Source: the human T2T-CHM13v2.0 reference genome, Homo sapiens. Taken from it: 64,000 nucleotides of DNA. How positions within the stretch are numbered: position 1 is the first letter of the stretch; each line of letters begins with the position of its first letter. The position numbers were made by a program, and so were the translations under genes. Positions 37,882-52,456 of this stretch are shown piece after piece. A model generated the notes under the pieces. The model saw nothing but the letters and a program-made list of their open reading frames with translations. It was not told where the DNA came from and made no database searches. The stretch lies in assembly GCF_009914755.1 (NCBI RefSeq), contig NC_060929.1; one strand, given 5' to 3'.

Positions 37882-38869
37882 TAAAGTTAAAAAGGAAACT
37901 TTTACCATAATTCATAACTTTAAAAAGAAAACTCCTACCATAATTGAGTAATCCTACTCCTAGGCATTCCAAGTAAAATGGAAATTGATGTTCACAAAAG
38001 GCCCTCTAAGCAAATGTTTTAGTGGCTTTATTTGTAATCAGCTCAAACTGGAAACAACTCAAATGTCCCTTAGCTGTTAAATGGATAAATAAACTGTGGT
38101 ATATCCATACAATAGAACGCTACTCAGCAATTAAGTGGAACAAACTTCTGATGTACACAACGATGTGGATGACTCTCAAATTCTTTATGCTAAGTGAAAG
38201 AAGCCAGATTCAAAAGGCTTCATACTCTTTGATCTTACTCATATGACACTCTTGTAAACAGATAGAAAATAGATCATTGGCTGCCAGGGGCTGGAGATGG
38301 AGGGAGGGCTTCAAAGAACCGGCAGGGGGGTGGGGGGTTGGGGAATTTTTTGGTGATGGAAATATAGCTTCATTGTGACAATGATAAACATGACTATATA
38401 CATTTGTCAAAAGTAGCAGAATTGTAGACTAAAAAGGGTCCATTTTATTGTGTGTAAATTAAATTTTCATAAAACAATGGGAAAAAAATGTAAAGGGCCA
38501 GGAATAACCAAGACAGTCTTAAAGAAAATGAAAAAAGGGAAGTCTTTCTATAATAGATATCAAGAAATATTATAAAGATAGTTAAGACAGTTTGATGTTG
38601 GCTCACAGATAGACAAATAGACTGGTGGTACAAAATAAAGATCGTAGTATCTGGGCACTGTGGGACACACCCGTGCCAGTTATCCAGGAGGCTGAGGCAG
38701 GAGGATCCCTTGAGCCCAGAAGTTCGAGTCCAGCCTGGACAACATAGTGAGAGCCCATCTCTTAAAAAAAAATTCCTAGATATGGATCATATGGACACTT
38801 GACAGATGATAGAACCAGTGGGGATGGGGGAGGGAAAGACAGTTTTAAGTGAACCTAAGATCATTGGCT

Positions 38870-39088
<219 letters not shown>

Positions 39089-39584
39089 GGCTAACCATTA
39101 TTTTTTAAAAGTACTGTTCATTTCCGGCTATACAACATATACAGAAATGAACTCCCTTACCAAGTGTTGGCTAAGATTTGGAGCAACAGGAAATCTCATA
39201 CACTGCTGGTAAGGGTATAAATTGATACAACCACTTGGGAAAACAGTTTAGCATTATTTACTTAGATTGACGAAAATGCAATATCTTACCATCCAACAAA
39301 TTCTACTCCCTGGCAGGCATACGTGCAATAGAAATGTGTGCACAAGTGTACTAAGATACATAGCAGCATTTGTCATAATAGCTCAAACTGGAAAAAAAAA
39401 TGAAATATCCATCAATAATAGAATAGTAAAAAGTAGTATTTATATAATAGTATAATATAAACCAAATAAACAAGTGAAATACAGCTACGCACAATTATAC
39501 GCATGCTTGGTTACATGGTGGCAAATGCCTTCTCCCATTCTGTGGTTTGTCTCTCCCCTCTTTATGGTATCCAAAGGAGATCGC

Positions 39585-40040
39585 ATGAATGGTCCCAATT
39601 CTTCATTCCTTTCAGTACCCGATCTCTTTGCCATGTGACTTAGCAGTTGCTCTCAGAAAAAAAAAAAAAAGGTGATACCTATTTCTCCACCCCTTGAATC
39701 TGGGCTTGGTCGTGCAGGTGCTGCTTTGGCCTATAGAATGAGATGGAAGTGAGGGTGTTCCAGTTTCAAGCCTAGGCCACAAGAGGCATTGCATGTTTCT
39801 CCTTGCCTGCGGATGCTGCTAACATCACTATGAGAAAGACGCGCCTCAGCTGGCATGGCTAAGGTATCCTAGCCAAGGCTAGATTAAAGCAGAGTCCCCA
39901 GCTGCCCCAGATGCATGAGAAAACCCTAGCAATCCAGCCAGATCAGCTGAATACTGTAGATGAGAGAGAAATACGTGTTTATTGGTATATGTCACTGCAG
40001 CTTTGTAGGGTTGTTTGCTATGCAACAACAGCTAACTGAT
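39585..40040 (+). mobile_element. MLT1-type MaLR LTR
   Basis: ccatgtgacttagcagt...ccttgaatctgggct...ttgtttgctatgcaacaacagctaactgata. Confidence 0.7.
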
Positions 40041-40971
40041 AGAGTGAGCTAAGGGAAGAGGTAGGCCTGGGAAGGTTGGATTTTGCCAGGCAGAGGCAGG
40101 GAAGAGAAAGAAGGGCATCTGAAAAGAAATGAACAGCAAAGGCAATCAGCAGGTCCACCAGTCTGCCACCAGCCGTCACGGGACCCAGGCAGAGAGTGGC
40201 GGTGCTGGCAATCCCCTCCCACTCCTTGCTTGCTTTCCTTGCCTTCTTTTTTTTTTTTTTTAATACTAGTGGTCACTGTAAGATATTCATCCATAAAGAG
40301 ATACACTGTCCCCATAAATGGAAGGCCCCCCAAACCCTTATTCTCCTAATCACAGCCTCTCTCCCCGCCTCAACTGCTTGTAAGAGTGTGTGTATACTCT
40401 TCCTAGCATTTGCCTGGGCACAGACGAGCTCATCCATCTGTCCACCCATCCATCCCATCCCTACTTTATAGTTTTAAAAATAGTATCCTATGCTATTTAA
40501 TCATTCAACACATCTTAGAAATCTTTCCATATTAGTTCATAGAGATTTACCATATTCTTAAAATTGCTTCACTGTATCTCATCGTATGGATGTACCATAA
40601 TTTATCTCACCATTCCTCTAACAAATGGACACTCTAGTTCCTTCTAATTTTTCTCCATTGCAAACAATGCTCAGTGGACATCCTTGCACATGAATCGTTG
40701 TGTAAATACACTCTCATTGGAGCAGGATCCATTCATAGAAGTGGGATCGCCGGGTCAAAGGGTAGGTACGTTAAAACATGGAGATATTGTTAAATTGTTC
40801 CCCTAAGAAGGCCGTGAGGATGTGCATTCTCACCAACAGTGTGTGAGAAATGCAGCATCACCGTACACTTGCTGACATGGGATATCACTGATCTTTAAAA
40901 TTATTCGCAGTCTGGTAGGAAAAAATGTTAATTCGTTGAGGTTTCATGTGCATTTTCTGTATGAGTGATGA

Positions 40972-41363
<392 letters not shown>

Positions 41364-43437
41364 TTATTGAACTATTCGTTATCTGTATTATGTCTGCTAA
41401 CCCAATTATCAGAAATGCTGAAAATATTTTCCATCAGTTTGCCACTTCTCTGCTAATGTTCTTTTGGTTTGTGTATTCACACAGAAGTTTTTACTGTGTG
41501 TAGTCAAATCTGTTGTCTTTTCATTTCTGACTTCTGGGTTTCATGTTTTGTTTAGGAAGGCTGAGCCATTTATTGTTTACGAGGCACTTTCATTTCCATT
41601 TTCTCATACAGGCCTGGGTCACAGGCAATCAGTGAAGTGCATAGCTCTATTGCATAGATAAGAAAAAGGAAGGTCAAGGAGGGTTTGTGACTTATCTCAG
41701 CTCACACAGCTACTTTGGGGAAGACTCAGAGCCAGAATCCGAATTTTCTGAGTCGAAGGCCTAGGTAGCTGGGCGCCACTCCCCACTACTTGGATTGTCT
41801 GGCCAATACCATTCCCTGTGCCCCTTGGCGCATTTCTGACAGGTCACCTGCATCCATCTGTTGTGGGAAGCAGTTAGCCCATGCTTCCCTATCTGGCCCA
41901 GATCTGCCTCCCTGTGACACCCACCTGTTGCTCTGGACCCTCAGGCAGCTCTGTTCCCTGTCCCTCGACAGGCCTCCAGTGATGCAGACAGCACTTGTGG
42001 TCCCCGGAGGTACTACTTCTCCAGGGTGAGCACTCTGGTTTCTTAGTAGTCTTTCCTGGGACATGGTCTCCAAGCACATCTGGCCTCCCTTACTCTCATC
42101 AGATCAACAACATGCAAGGTCATCAATGTGACATTAACTTCTTAAAGTCCAACACATTTGGAGGCAAGCCCCTAAGTGTTGTAACATAAGCACAATCAGA
42201 TGGCGCTGGGGAACAGAAGATGGAGAGTCTGTGAGGCCTTCCAGAGCAGTGGCATTGGAGCTGGGCCTTGAAGGAGGAGCAGCAACCCTTCAGGCAGAAA
42301 GGAAATCCCAGGAGAGGGAATAGCATAGGGGCAGAGAGGGTGAAAAATCAGGACTCTCTGGGGCCAACCAGAGTGTGAAGGAATGGAGTGGAGATGGGAG
42401 TAGAAAGGGGGTGAGGTCCAAGTACTAAGAGTACCTGACAACCTGGCACGGTGCCAGGGCTTGATCCTATAGGCCATGGGTCCTTAATGGCCTGGAGGCC
42501 TCTAGAGGGGTGCACCTCCAAGTGCAGTTCAGGGACCCCAGCCTCAGAATCACAGGGGTAACTGTTAAAATGAAGACTCCAGGACCATCCCAGGCCTGCT
42601 GACTTAGGGGTGGGAGGGGGGTACCTGCACAGGTAACAAGCTCTCTAGCGGATTCTCATGCTCCCTCTGGCTGAGGCCACTGCCTTTGAGAGTCCCTGGA
42701 TGGCCTTGAGGAAACCTGGGCACCCCTAACACGGATGCAAAGTTTGTGTGTGATCTTGCCCAGCTTTCATGCAATTCTCACCAAGTCCCTGACCCAGGCT
42801 GGCAGAGACCCCTCTCTGGTGGAACATGTTTAGGTGGAGGAGGGGTATAACCAGCAAGAGGGGTGGAGGCTACAGTAGTCCTGAGGGATGGCCTAGGCCA
42901 CCTTGGCAGGACCTGTCTCTGTCCCCACGATCAAAGGATGCTGCTTGTCCTGTCATTTCTATCCATCCAGCTAATTCCTATAGCTCCTTCAGACTCGCTG
43001 CCTCCTGGAAGCCTCCCTGTTCCTGCCAGATGGGCAGGTATCCTTATTATGCATCCCAGGCCTTTTGGGCTCAACCGCATCCCAGCATTTTCCTTGCATG
43101 GCAGGCTTCAAAGGTTTATCAGGTGCTCACTATGTGAAAGGCAGCACGCCCAGTGCTCTTTGGAATTTTCTCATTGAATCCTCAACTCTAGAGGTAGGTG
43201 TGGTTATTATCCTTGTTTTACTGAAGAGCAAACCAAGGCTCAGAGAAGTTAAGTCACTTTCCCAAGATCACACAGCTGGTGAGGGCATTTCTGCCTCCTA
43301 TGGTACAGGTATACCTGACCATTCTGATCCACTGATTTTAGATGTATGAAGAGTGAATGAATTAATGAATGAATGCTGTATGCCAAAGCCCCGTGAGTAG
43401 GAAGGTACTCTGTCCTCCTGGAAAAAATGGCATTTAG

Positions 43438-44410
<973 letters not shown>

Positions 44411-47400
44411 TCCCTAATATTTTCTGAGTGCTGTTTATGTGCCAGGCACCACAGCAGTCTCTTTCCATATTTATCTAATTTAGTGCTTTTAACACATGAG
44501 GCTGATTCTATTAATTACGCCATTTTGCCGATGAGGAAACCAAGGCTCAGAGAGGTTAGTTCACTTGCCCAAAGTCCCAGAGCCAGGGAATGACAGAGCT
44601 GAGACTGGAAGCAGGCAGCCTGGCTGCAGAGCCTACGCTAATGACCAGCACACTGCACAGGGCGATCCTGACCTCCCCCAGCAGTGGGTGTGCTGACCGC
44701 TAGTGGACACAGAGTGGGGAAGTGCCATGGGACTCAGTGGGGTAAGCCCTGACTGAGGAAGCCTTGGTGATGCTGCCGGGAAGGTGACAAACAGGAATCC
44801 CAGATTGACATTACCCCTTCCTGTGGCAGAGGAACTTTGAGAGGAGTTTGCATGACAGCCCAAGGATTAGGAAACTCTGAAGAAATGTGTGGGCCATGTC
44901 ACACTTCACATACTGAGAGCCTAGTTTTCATCTCCCTGCCTGACTCCTGGACCCTGGAACCTCCAGACCCCAGGTCAAGGACAGCTTAGCCCCCACCCTC
45001 CTGCCCAGTTAACCCCAACTGCAGCCCATGCCCTGGGACCCAGGAGGTTCCCCACCAGAGAGTGGAGTGGGCCCAAGCTAGGAGCCAGGGACCCAGACAG
45101 AATAATGGCAATTTGGCAACTGGTTCCTCTTTGACCCTGGACCACAAAGGTTCGACCACACCTATCTCTAGGCCTGAGGATTGAGCTCTAGTGTCTGAAT
45201 TGGAGTACTATGGGGTATTTGCTCCCATTACTATTGCAGCTCCATAGAGCAGATCAAGGCCATACCCTGTAGCAGGGCTTACAGGGGCCTTTGCAATCTG
45301 ATCTCTGCCTCTTCTCTCTCCATCCACCCTCCCTGCTGTACTGAACACTTGCAGCTCCTGCATACACCCCCACACTCCTTCTTCCTGTTCCACATACTTC
45401 TGCTTCCACCTGGCCCATAAGCCTCCCTTTGCCTGACTGAGTCCCTGTCTTATAGTCTCTCGTGGCTCCCTGAGTTTCCTGGCACTTCTCGCTGTCAACA
45501 GAAGCACAGTTATGAGAGTGGTTATTGGTGTGATGTCATTCTGACCCCTTTGTTCTGCAGCAGGAGTTTCCTGGTAGGGCCAGTCTCCCTTCCGGTCTTC
45601 TTTATACCCTCTACACCTGGCCCTGCCTGGCAGATGAGTGCTCAGTCAATGCCAGATGCATGAAGAAATGTATAAACAATCCAATGAATGAATGAATAAA
45701 TGAAGAGCAAGGAGAAGCTCTCCACCCTCCAAAAGCAATTTATTCAGCAAATGCTTCATGTGTCAGGCCTTGTTCTGGGCCCAGGAAGGCCAAGGCTCAG
45801 AGCACTTTCCTGCATGCAGGGACCTCACCGCCTGGTGGGAGGTAAGGCAAGTAGCTAAGTGGTGTTATACAGTGCAGCTGATAATATCTGACATCTATGG
45901 ACATTAACATGATTTGTCATCCAATTTGGAACCTTTGAGACTGGAAGGGGTGCTATTAATAATTGCATTAACACAGGGGCATGAAGAAGGACTGTTCTGG
46001 TTGATCCATTGGGCACACTCTTCATGCCAGTCTCTGGACTGAGCTATTTGCACAGATCATCTCATTGATTCTCCCAGCCACCTTAGGGGAAAGCTGTAAT
46101 TACTCCATGTTACAGATGAAGAAAGACAGGCTCAAAGATGGTAAGTAACCTGCCTGGAGTTAAACAGCTAAGTGGCAGAGCTGGGTTTTAAACCCTGGAA
46201 CCCAGAGCCAGAGCCCACATGTTCAACCACTGTCTTTCATCAATGGCAGGGGCTCTCAGGAGGATCGAGGGTAAAGGGGAACAGCCTAGGCTTTGGAGCC
46301 AGATAGACCAGGAATTCATTCCCCACTCCTAACCACAGCCAGGTCCCCGGCCTTTCAAGGCCTTGTTTCTTCATTATGTAAAATGGGGAAGGGGCTATTG
46401 ACTCAGATCCAGTGAGACAATAATGCAGGTGAAGGGCATGCAACAGATATTTCTCAATCACTGTCCCTGGCCCTGGGGACATGGTGGTGAACAGGTCAGC
46501 TGTGGTCCCTCCCTTCTGCAACTCACAGCCTATTGTCAGAGCCAGGAGAGGAACCAGGCCACTGGGGGAGTTGCAAGATGTCCTGGGATCACCGGAGAGA
46601 AGAGTCAAGGAAGGCCCTATCTGAGTTGAGAGGAAGTGAGAAGGGTGAGGAGTTGGGGGAGAGATACAGGGAGGAGGAAGGAATGTTCCAAGAAGGAGAA
46701 ACAGCACAGTAAAGGCCTGGAGGCGTAAGAGTGCACAGGGTATGGGAGGCTAAGAATGCTGAACAGATGTGAGGGCCCATAAGAGGCACAGACAAAGGAA
46801 TGCGAAGAGAAATCATTTTCAGCTGAAGAATGAGGAAAGCTTCTTGGAGAAAGTAGCTTTTGCTGGGCTGGAAGCTTGAGCAAGACTTTGACCTTCAGCT
46901 ATAAAAGACTGGGCATTCTAGGTGGTGACGGTAGCACCAAAAAAAGGGGCAGAGGTCAGGAAGCTAGTGGCCCACACAAGGTGGATGGACCTTGGAGGGC
47001 AGATGTGGGAGAGGCAGTAGGAGAGGTTGGAATCAGATCAGGGAGGGCCTTAAAGATTCCATGAAGGAGTCTCGACTTTGCTGGGCCACGGGGAGCCACT
47101 GAAGATGTTTGAGCAAGGGAACACCAAGACCATCACTATGCTTCAGGAAGATCAAGAATGAAAAAGAAAAATTTTCAGATGTGGAAGCTTCCCTCTTGTC
47201 TCTTCAGAGGGGAAAAAAGGGACTTAGAATTCTGTGATTTTCCAGAAACTGTGTTACTTCCCCATGTTTGTGACTTTTCTAGTTCCTGCAGTGAAGACCC
47301 ACAAAATCTAAAACCAGAGACTGTGGATCTGCAAAGGGGAGCTGGGCAAGGGCAGCCTGCTGTGAAGCCCTGCAGGAGAAGGCGAGGAGCCCTGAGCAGG

Positions 47401-48490
47401 TGGGGGGTGGGAGCTGCTGGAGAGGGCAGACCTGTATGCCAAGAACATGTGGGTGAGGGAAGAGCCAGCTGGGAGGGGGTGGTACAGGGAGACAGTTCGG
47501 CTTCTGTGATGTCCCCAGGTCCCTGCCCCAGGCCAATGGTCCCTCGCCAGACCCCTACACAGTGGTGGCAGATTTTCTTCCAAGCTGTGGGAAACTTTCA
47601 TGGCCCAGAGCGGCCCCAGAACCCCATCCCAAGGAGAAGCCCGCCCCCCCCTCCCCGCCACCCAAGAAATTCCAGGAGCCACATTCTGTGTAGGCAGCTG
47701 GCCCCTGACCCCAGGGCTCAGCCTGCTGGCCACTCTGAGATCTGGAACTGGACCTAGACACCCCCGGGGAAGGTAGGAGCAGGGAGGCTGGAAGGCAAGA
47801 GCCTCCCTGCAGTGACTGTAGCCAAGCCACTTGATGGCTCTGAGCCTCAACCTCCTCATCTGGAGGCTCCTCTCACAGGCTAATCGTGAGGATCCGATGG
47901 GACCACTGGTAGGAGCACACCCTACACCATGAGGGACTGGGGCAGAGCAGGGCGGTGAGGGAAGGCTGGGTTTCCCGACGGGTGGGATGCCCTGTCTAGA
48001 TGTGGGATGATGGATTAGTAGAGCTGCAGCAGCACTGAATGGCACTGTGGGAAGCTTCCTGCCTTGCCAAGTCCTCTGGGTGTTTCTGGTTATGCCAAGG
48101 AGAATGTTTCAGCTTGGCGCATTTCTGTCTTCAACTCTTCTCTGTCACCCACTTATGACTTTTCTCAATAAACCAAAGAGGGTCCATACTTCCTCCACCA
48201 GTCCAGAGTACTTAGCTAGAATTAAATAACGTTGTTTCTGTTGTTTGTATGTTTGATTTTCTCAGCTGCCCAGGGCACTATATGTACTTAAAAGGGAATT
48301 TTTAGACTTCAGTGACATTTTAAATGTTTATTCTCTTTACTCAACAACTCAATGTCTAGGAATTTATGCTATGGAAACAAATACTTAAATATGCAAAAAC
48401 AAACATATTTTATAAATAATGGCCATTGTAGCATAACTTATAACTCTAAAAAATGGGAAATAGTCCAAATGCCCCTCAGTAGGAGATTGG

Positions 48491-49055
48491 TGTTAAATAT
48501 AGTGAACCCCAAGTTTCTCTTCAAAGAATCAGTATGTCAATATGTTCAGCTCTCTTATTCTTTGATTCTCCATTTTAAAGTTTAACTTCCTGGATCTCTT
48601 CGCCCCCTTGCTTCTGGTTTCAGTAAACAACTTTCCCACCAGTCCTAATCAGTAGTTCACATCTGTTCCCCTGGTCACCTGCTTTGACCTGAGTCACCTG
48701 CTCCATCCTGACTCATCCTGAGCCACCTGTTCGTATCCACCTTTCCCACCAAACTACTCACCCCGGCACTCCAGCTCATGCTCCTGCTCTTTTTTTTCAA
48801 ATAGCCAATTGGAATTAGCTTAGACTATGCGGTCCAACCCTAGCCAATAGGGGAACAATGCAGCAGTAGAGGCTGCCTGTGTCAGGAATAAGAACCTCTT
48901 CCCCTCCCCTGTCAAGGTGTGCTCTCGCCATTGTTCCATCTGCCAGGAGCACCCTCTCTGCAGAAAGTAAAAATTGCCTTGCTGAGGAAATTAAATTTAT
49001 GTTCGAGTGCTATTTCTTTGTGGCACTGGGGAACAAGCATTTTGCATTTCTGACA
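48491..49055 (+). mobile_element. LTR10 (HERV-I, LTR10A-like) solo LTR
   Basis: TG...CA ends, 4-bp TSD ttgg, 5' tttctcttcaaagaatcagtatgtca signature, two CCAAT boxes, AP-1 sites 48690-48696 and 48709-48715. Confidence 0.85.
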
Positions 49056-50382
49056 TTGGTTAAATAATGTCTGGCACAGGCTTGCTTTTAAACTATGTGC
49101 ATCTCTCAAAATGAATGCATTAATATCTGTATTTCCCATGGACCTATGAGTATGCCCATGATATATTGTTAAGTGAAAAACAAAAAGTTGCACAATGACA
49201 AATGGGAGTTTTGTTGAAGATTATAGCTATATTCTATGTAGATAGGTACAGATACAAATATTAGTATGGATATAAAGAAAACAACTTTGAAAAATATAAC
49301 TAAACTATTTATAGTGAGAGGCAGAATTTCAACAAGATAAATTTGTACCACAGAGTTGCTGAATAAAGAGAATAAAGATTTAAAATGTTACTGCATTTAA
49401 CATATAAAAATACTCAAAGAAGACCTTCTCTTTCTATATTATGTATTTTGGTAATGGATTTTTAAATACAGGCATATATGACATAAATACTTGTATCAAG
49501 TAGTTTTTTTTTTTTTGTCAGATCACAGGACCTTATTAAGATGGAATCACTGCTAATTACATAGAAGCCACTTGCCTAAGCCAGAATCCATGAGGTTCAC
49601 GTGAAGTTATAGTTGCACAAATTAGAAACAAAAGGCATATTCAAAGACAGAAGGAAATATCCTGATGCCCATTAAAAATAATTTTTAATTGCAAAACCGA
49701 ACATTATAACTAAAATAAAAGGGGCCTGTTAGAGACGGTGCCCTGATTCAAAGAAGAAGGGACGTGAATGGGAGCTGTGAGACCCTCATCAGCTGCAGGT
49801 CAGGGCCCCGGCAGAAATAGCTCCTTTCAGTCTTTCCCTCTTTTTCCAGGAACAAGAACCCCGGCCGTGAGTGGGGTGGCGGAAGAATTGTGCAGTCCAA
49901 GTGGCTCATCTGTCTGGGAGGAAAATCCCAGCTCACCCGTCTTCCCTGGGCCCGCCTGAGGGGAGAGACTGGGAGGCAGGAGCCCAGCAGGGGCTGACCT
50001 GTGGTTACCCCAGACCCTGCCTGCCCTCTGCACAGGGGCCTGAGAGGCCCAAGCCCTCCCACAAATGAGTTTTTATTATTTTTCTCTAGCTCTCAGATGA
50101 TGTTAGCTTTCCTTTCTCATCCAGTCCTTTCCTATCCTTTCTCTTGGGGAAACACAGTACCAGAAGGTCTGGAGACAGAAGATAGGAGTTTTGTCGCAGG
50201 CTTCCCCAGTCCCTAGCTCTGCAAATTTGGGTGGGTGCTTTACCTCCCTGAGTGCTGACTTGGGAGTCAGTCTGACCTGGGCTCCTCTCCCATCCCTGCC
50301 ACACTGACCAGATGATCTTGGGCAAGTCACTTCAAAACCTCCCTGAATGCACATTTGATTTGGTTTGAATGCAAATCAAAAT

Positions 50383-50822
50383 TGTGAAAATAAAATAAAA
50401 TTTCAGGAGCTCCCCAATTCATTATGCCAATGGGAAAAGTTAAGCCCTGGAAACTGAGTCACATCACAGGACTGCTCTCTGACCATTGCCTCTTGATTTT
50501 TGTGTTGAGAATGTTATACTTTAACCGGGCTCCCCATTCTTTATTCAAACCTGGACTAAATGACACGCTGGTGATCATTACCTCTTTACAAATGAGTGTT
50601 AAGCAGCCCCCTTAAAGTGTAGTCAATAGTAGCCAATCAAATCTTGTAGCTCTACGTTAACCTTTGTATGGAAAATGTAATTGTGTTACCCACCCGTTTC
50701 TGGCTATATAAACCATCCTCACCTTGCCCCACACAGGGAAGCACTGATCACCATTCTCTGGTTTTCCTGTTTCCTGACGACTACCCTCACACTTTGCCCT
50801 TGAATAAACTTCTTTAACTAGA
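50383..50822 (+). mobile_element. MER4-group ERV1 LTR (3'-eroded), inserted in a MIR
   Basis: tgtgaaaataaaataaaatttcagg start, TGAGTCA 50455-50461, TATATAAA about 50705, AATAAA 50803-50808. Confidence 0.65.
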
Positions 50823-51852
50823 AAAACAAAAACAAAACAAAACAACAACAGCTTGGACTGGTGTCTCATCTGTAACATGGGATAATAGTAGGACTCAGGT
50901 CACTGGGCTTTTGGGAGGGTAAAATGAGCTAATGTGTGTGAAGCAACCAGACAGCCCTGGGGCATAGTAACTGTTGGATAGTGGTAGTCAGATTTTTATC
51001 AACCTTTGTCTTAGTGTGGCATCTAGCTCCATTTATCCCTGGGGAAACTGAGGCCTGATGTGGTGTAATCCACTCAAGTTCCCATAAGGAGCAGGCCTGA
51101 GACACAGGGAGCTGAGATCTTCTGACCTCCAGACAGAGGCTTTTGCATCAGCAAAGATAATCCCTGTCTGGAATGTGGGCTAGTTATTTTCTTTACAAGG
51201 CAGATCCGGGTATCACCTCATTCAACTCCTGCCACAGCTAGAAGAGAAGTCACAGGCTCTGGGTGTTTTCTGAAGCCAGGATCCCTGGGATGGTGGGCTT
51301 TGTATGGCCAGGCCTTATAGCCGTCGGGTATTTTCCCTGGTGTGGCTCAGCTGCCCCTGAGTTGGCGGCTGGGCCTGTGAGTCAGAGCTGTCCCATGGCT
51401 CCATTCTTTTCCCCACTTGAAGCCACAGCCCCAGACTCCTGGAGGCAGTCCAGGGAGGCCTGTGGTTCCAAAATGAGGTCCTTTCCGCACCCACTCAAAT
51501 GAAGATGCCGTTTCCCCAGCTCAGAGAGAGCAAGGGAGGGGCTAAGGACACACAGTGATGGATCTGAGGCTGACACCTGGTCCACCTCAAGTGAGCCAAG
51601 TACAGGACTCTGGGCCCAGGTGGGAGGGCCCTAGCACTCTGTCCCCTGCCCCCAGCAACCCTATTGCCCCTGGCCCTGTGTTGCTGCCGGGGTCCCACAG
51701 GCCTGGGCTCGGCAGGAGAGCCTATGACTCATGCCGGCCCCACAACCCCTGAGATGCTGCAGCCGTGAGGGGTCTGGGTCCTGCCAGGTCTACACCTCTC
51801 TGCCCTCAAAGCCACAGCCTGGTCGCCACCCTATTCCCTCCCCTGTCCTTAC

Positions 51853-51964
51853 CCTGGCCGCAGTTCCCTCCGCTTCCTCTCTTCCTCTTCCTCTTCCTCT
51901 TCTCTCTTCTCCACCTTCTCCTCACTTCGTGCTCTCACGCTTTTGGACACTCTGTCTGCCCTTC
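51853..51964 (-). other. CSF1R: CSF1R non-coding exon 1 (trophoblast/placental transcript)
   Basis: GAAGGGCAGACAGAGTGTCC...AACTGCGGCCAGG|GTAAGG matches recalled 5' end of the long CSF1R mRNA; strong donor; 5' end approximate. Confidence 0.88.
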
Positions 51965-52430
51965 TCCTACCTGGGGCCTGATCATGACTCACCTGGACCT
52001 GGAATCTGGGCTCTAGCAGCTGCCTGTCACAGAGCACGCCGGCCTCAATCCGGGCCTGTGGGCGGAGTGGAGGGGAGGGTGTCCCAGCTGATAGCCAAAG
52101 CCAAAGCACATGGTGGAGGCAGTGAGACGCCTCAGCACCAGAGCCTTGGAGCAGCCCTGCAGCCCCACACCCTCCTGCCCGACTCAAGGCCAGGCTCTGT
52201 GGAGCCAGAAAAGCCTGCTCGCTTCCCACCTTGGGAAACCAAGCCCAAGGTCTAGGCCCCCCAGCTTCCAGCGAGGGGTGGGAGAGCGAAAATCCCCACT
52301 TTACAGATGAATGAAATGAGACTCAGAGCTGAAGGGACCTGTCTGGGGGTCTGCGTCTGGGTGAGCCTCATGTGCCCCACTCCACACTCCCTATGGGCAG
52401 GAACCCAAACCCGAGAGAGACCACAAAGTC

Positions 52431-52456
52431 TGTGAGTGAGAAGCACCAGGTTTAAT
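52431..52456 (-). terminator. PDGFRB: PDGFRB polyadenylation signal (ATTAAA 52456-52451) and cleavage near 52431
   Basis: U-rich upstream, ATTAAA, CA about 20 nt later, GU-rich downstream element (ctttgtggtctctctcgggtttgg). Confidence 0.85.

Noticed and set aside
47158-48045. Overlapping 199-aa (+) and 245-aa (-) ORFs
   Set aside because: GC-rich chance ORFs with no protein-like features or splice support
50354-50380. 9-bp inverted repeat overlapping an octamer ATGCAAAT next to an LTR
   Set aside because: Short and AT-rich; compatible with chance in 64 kb
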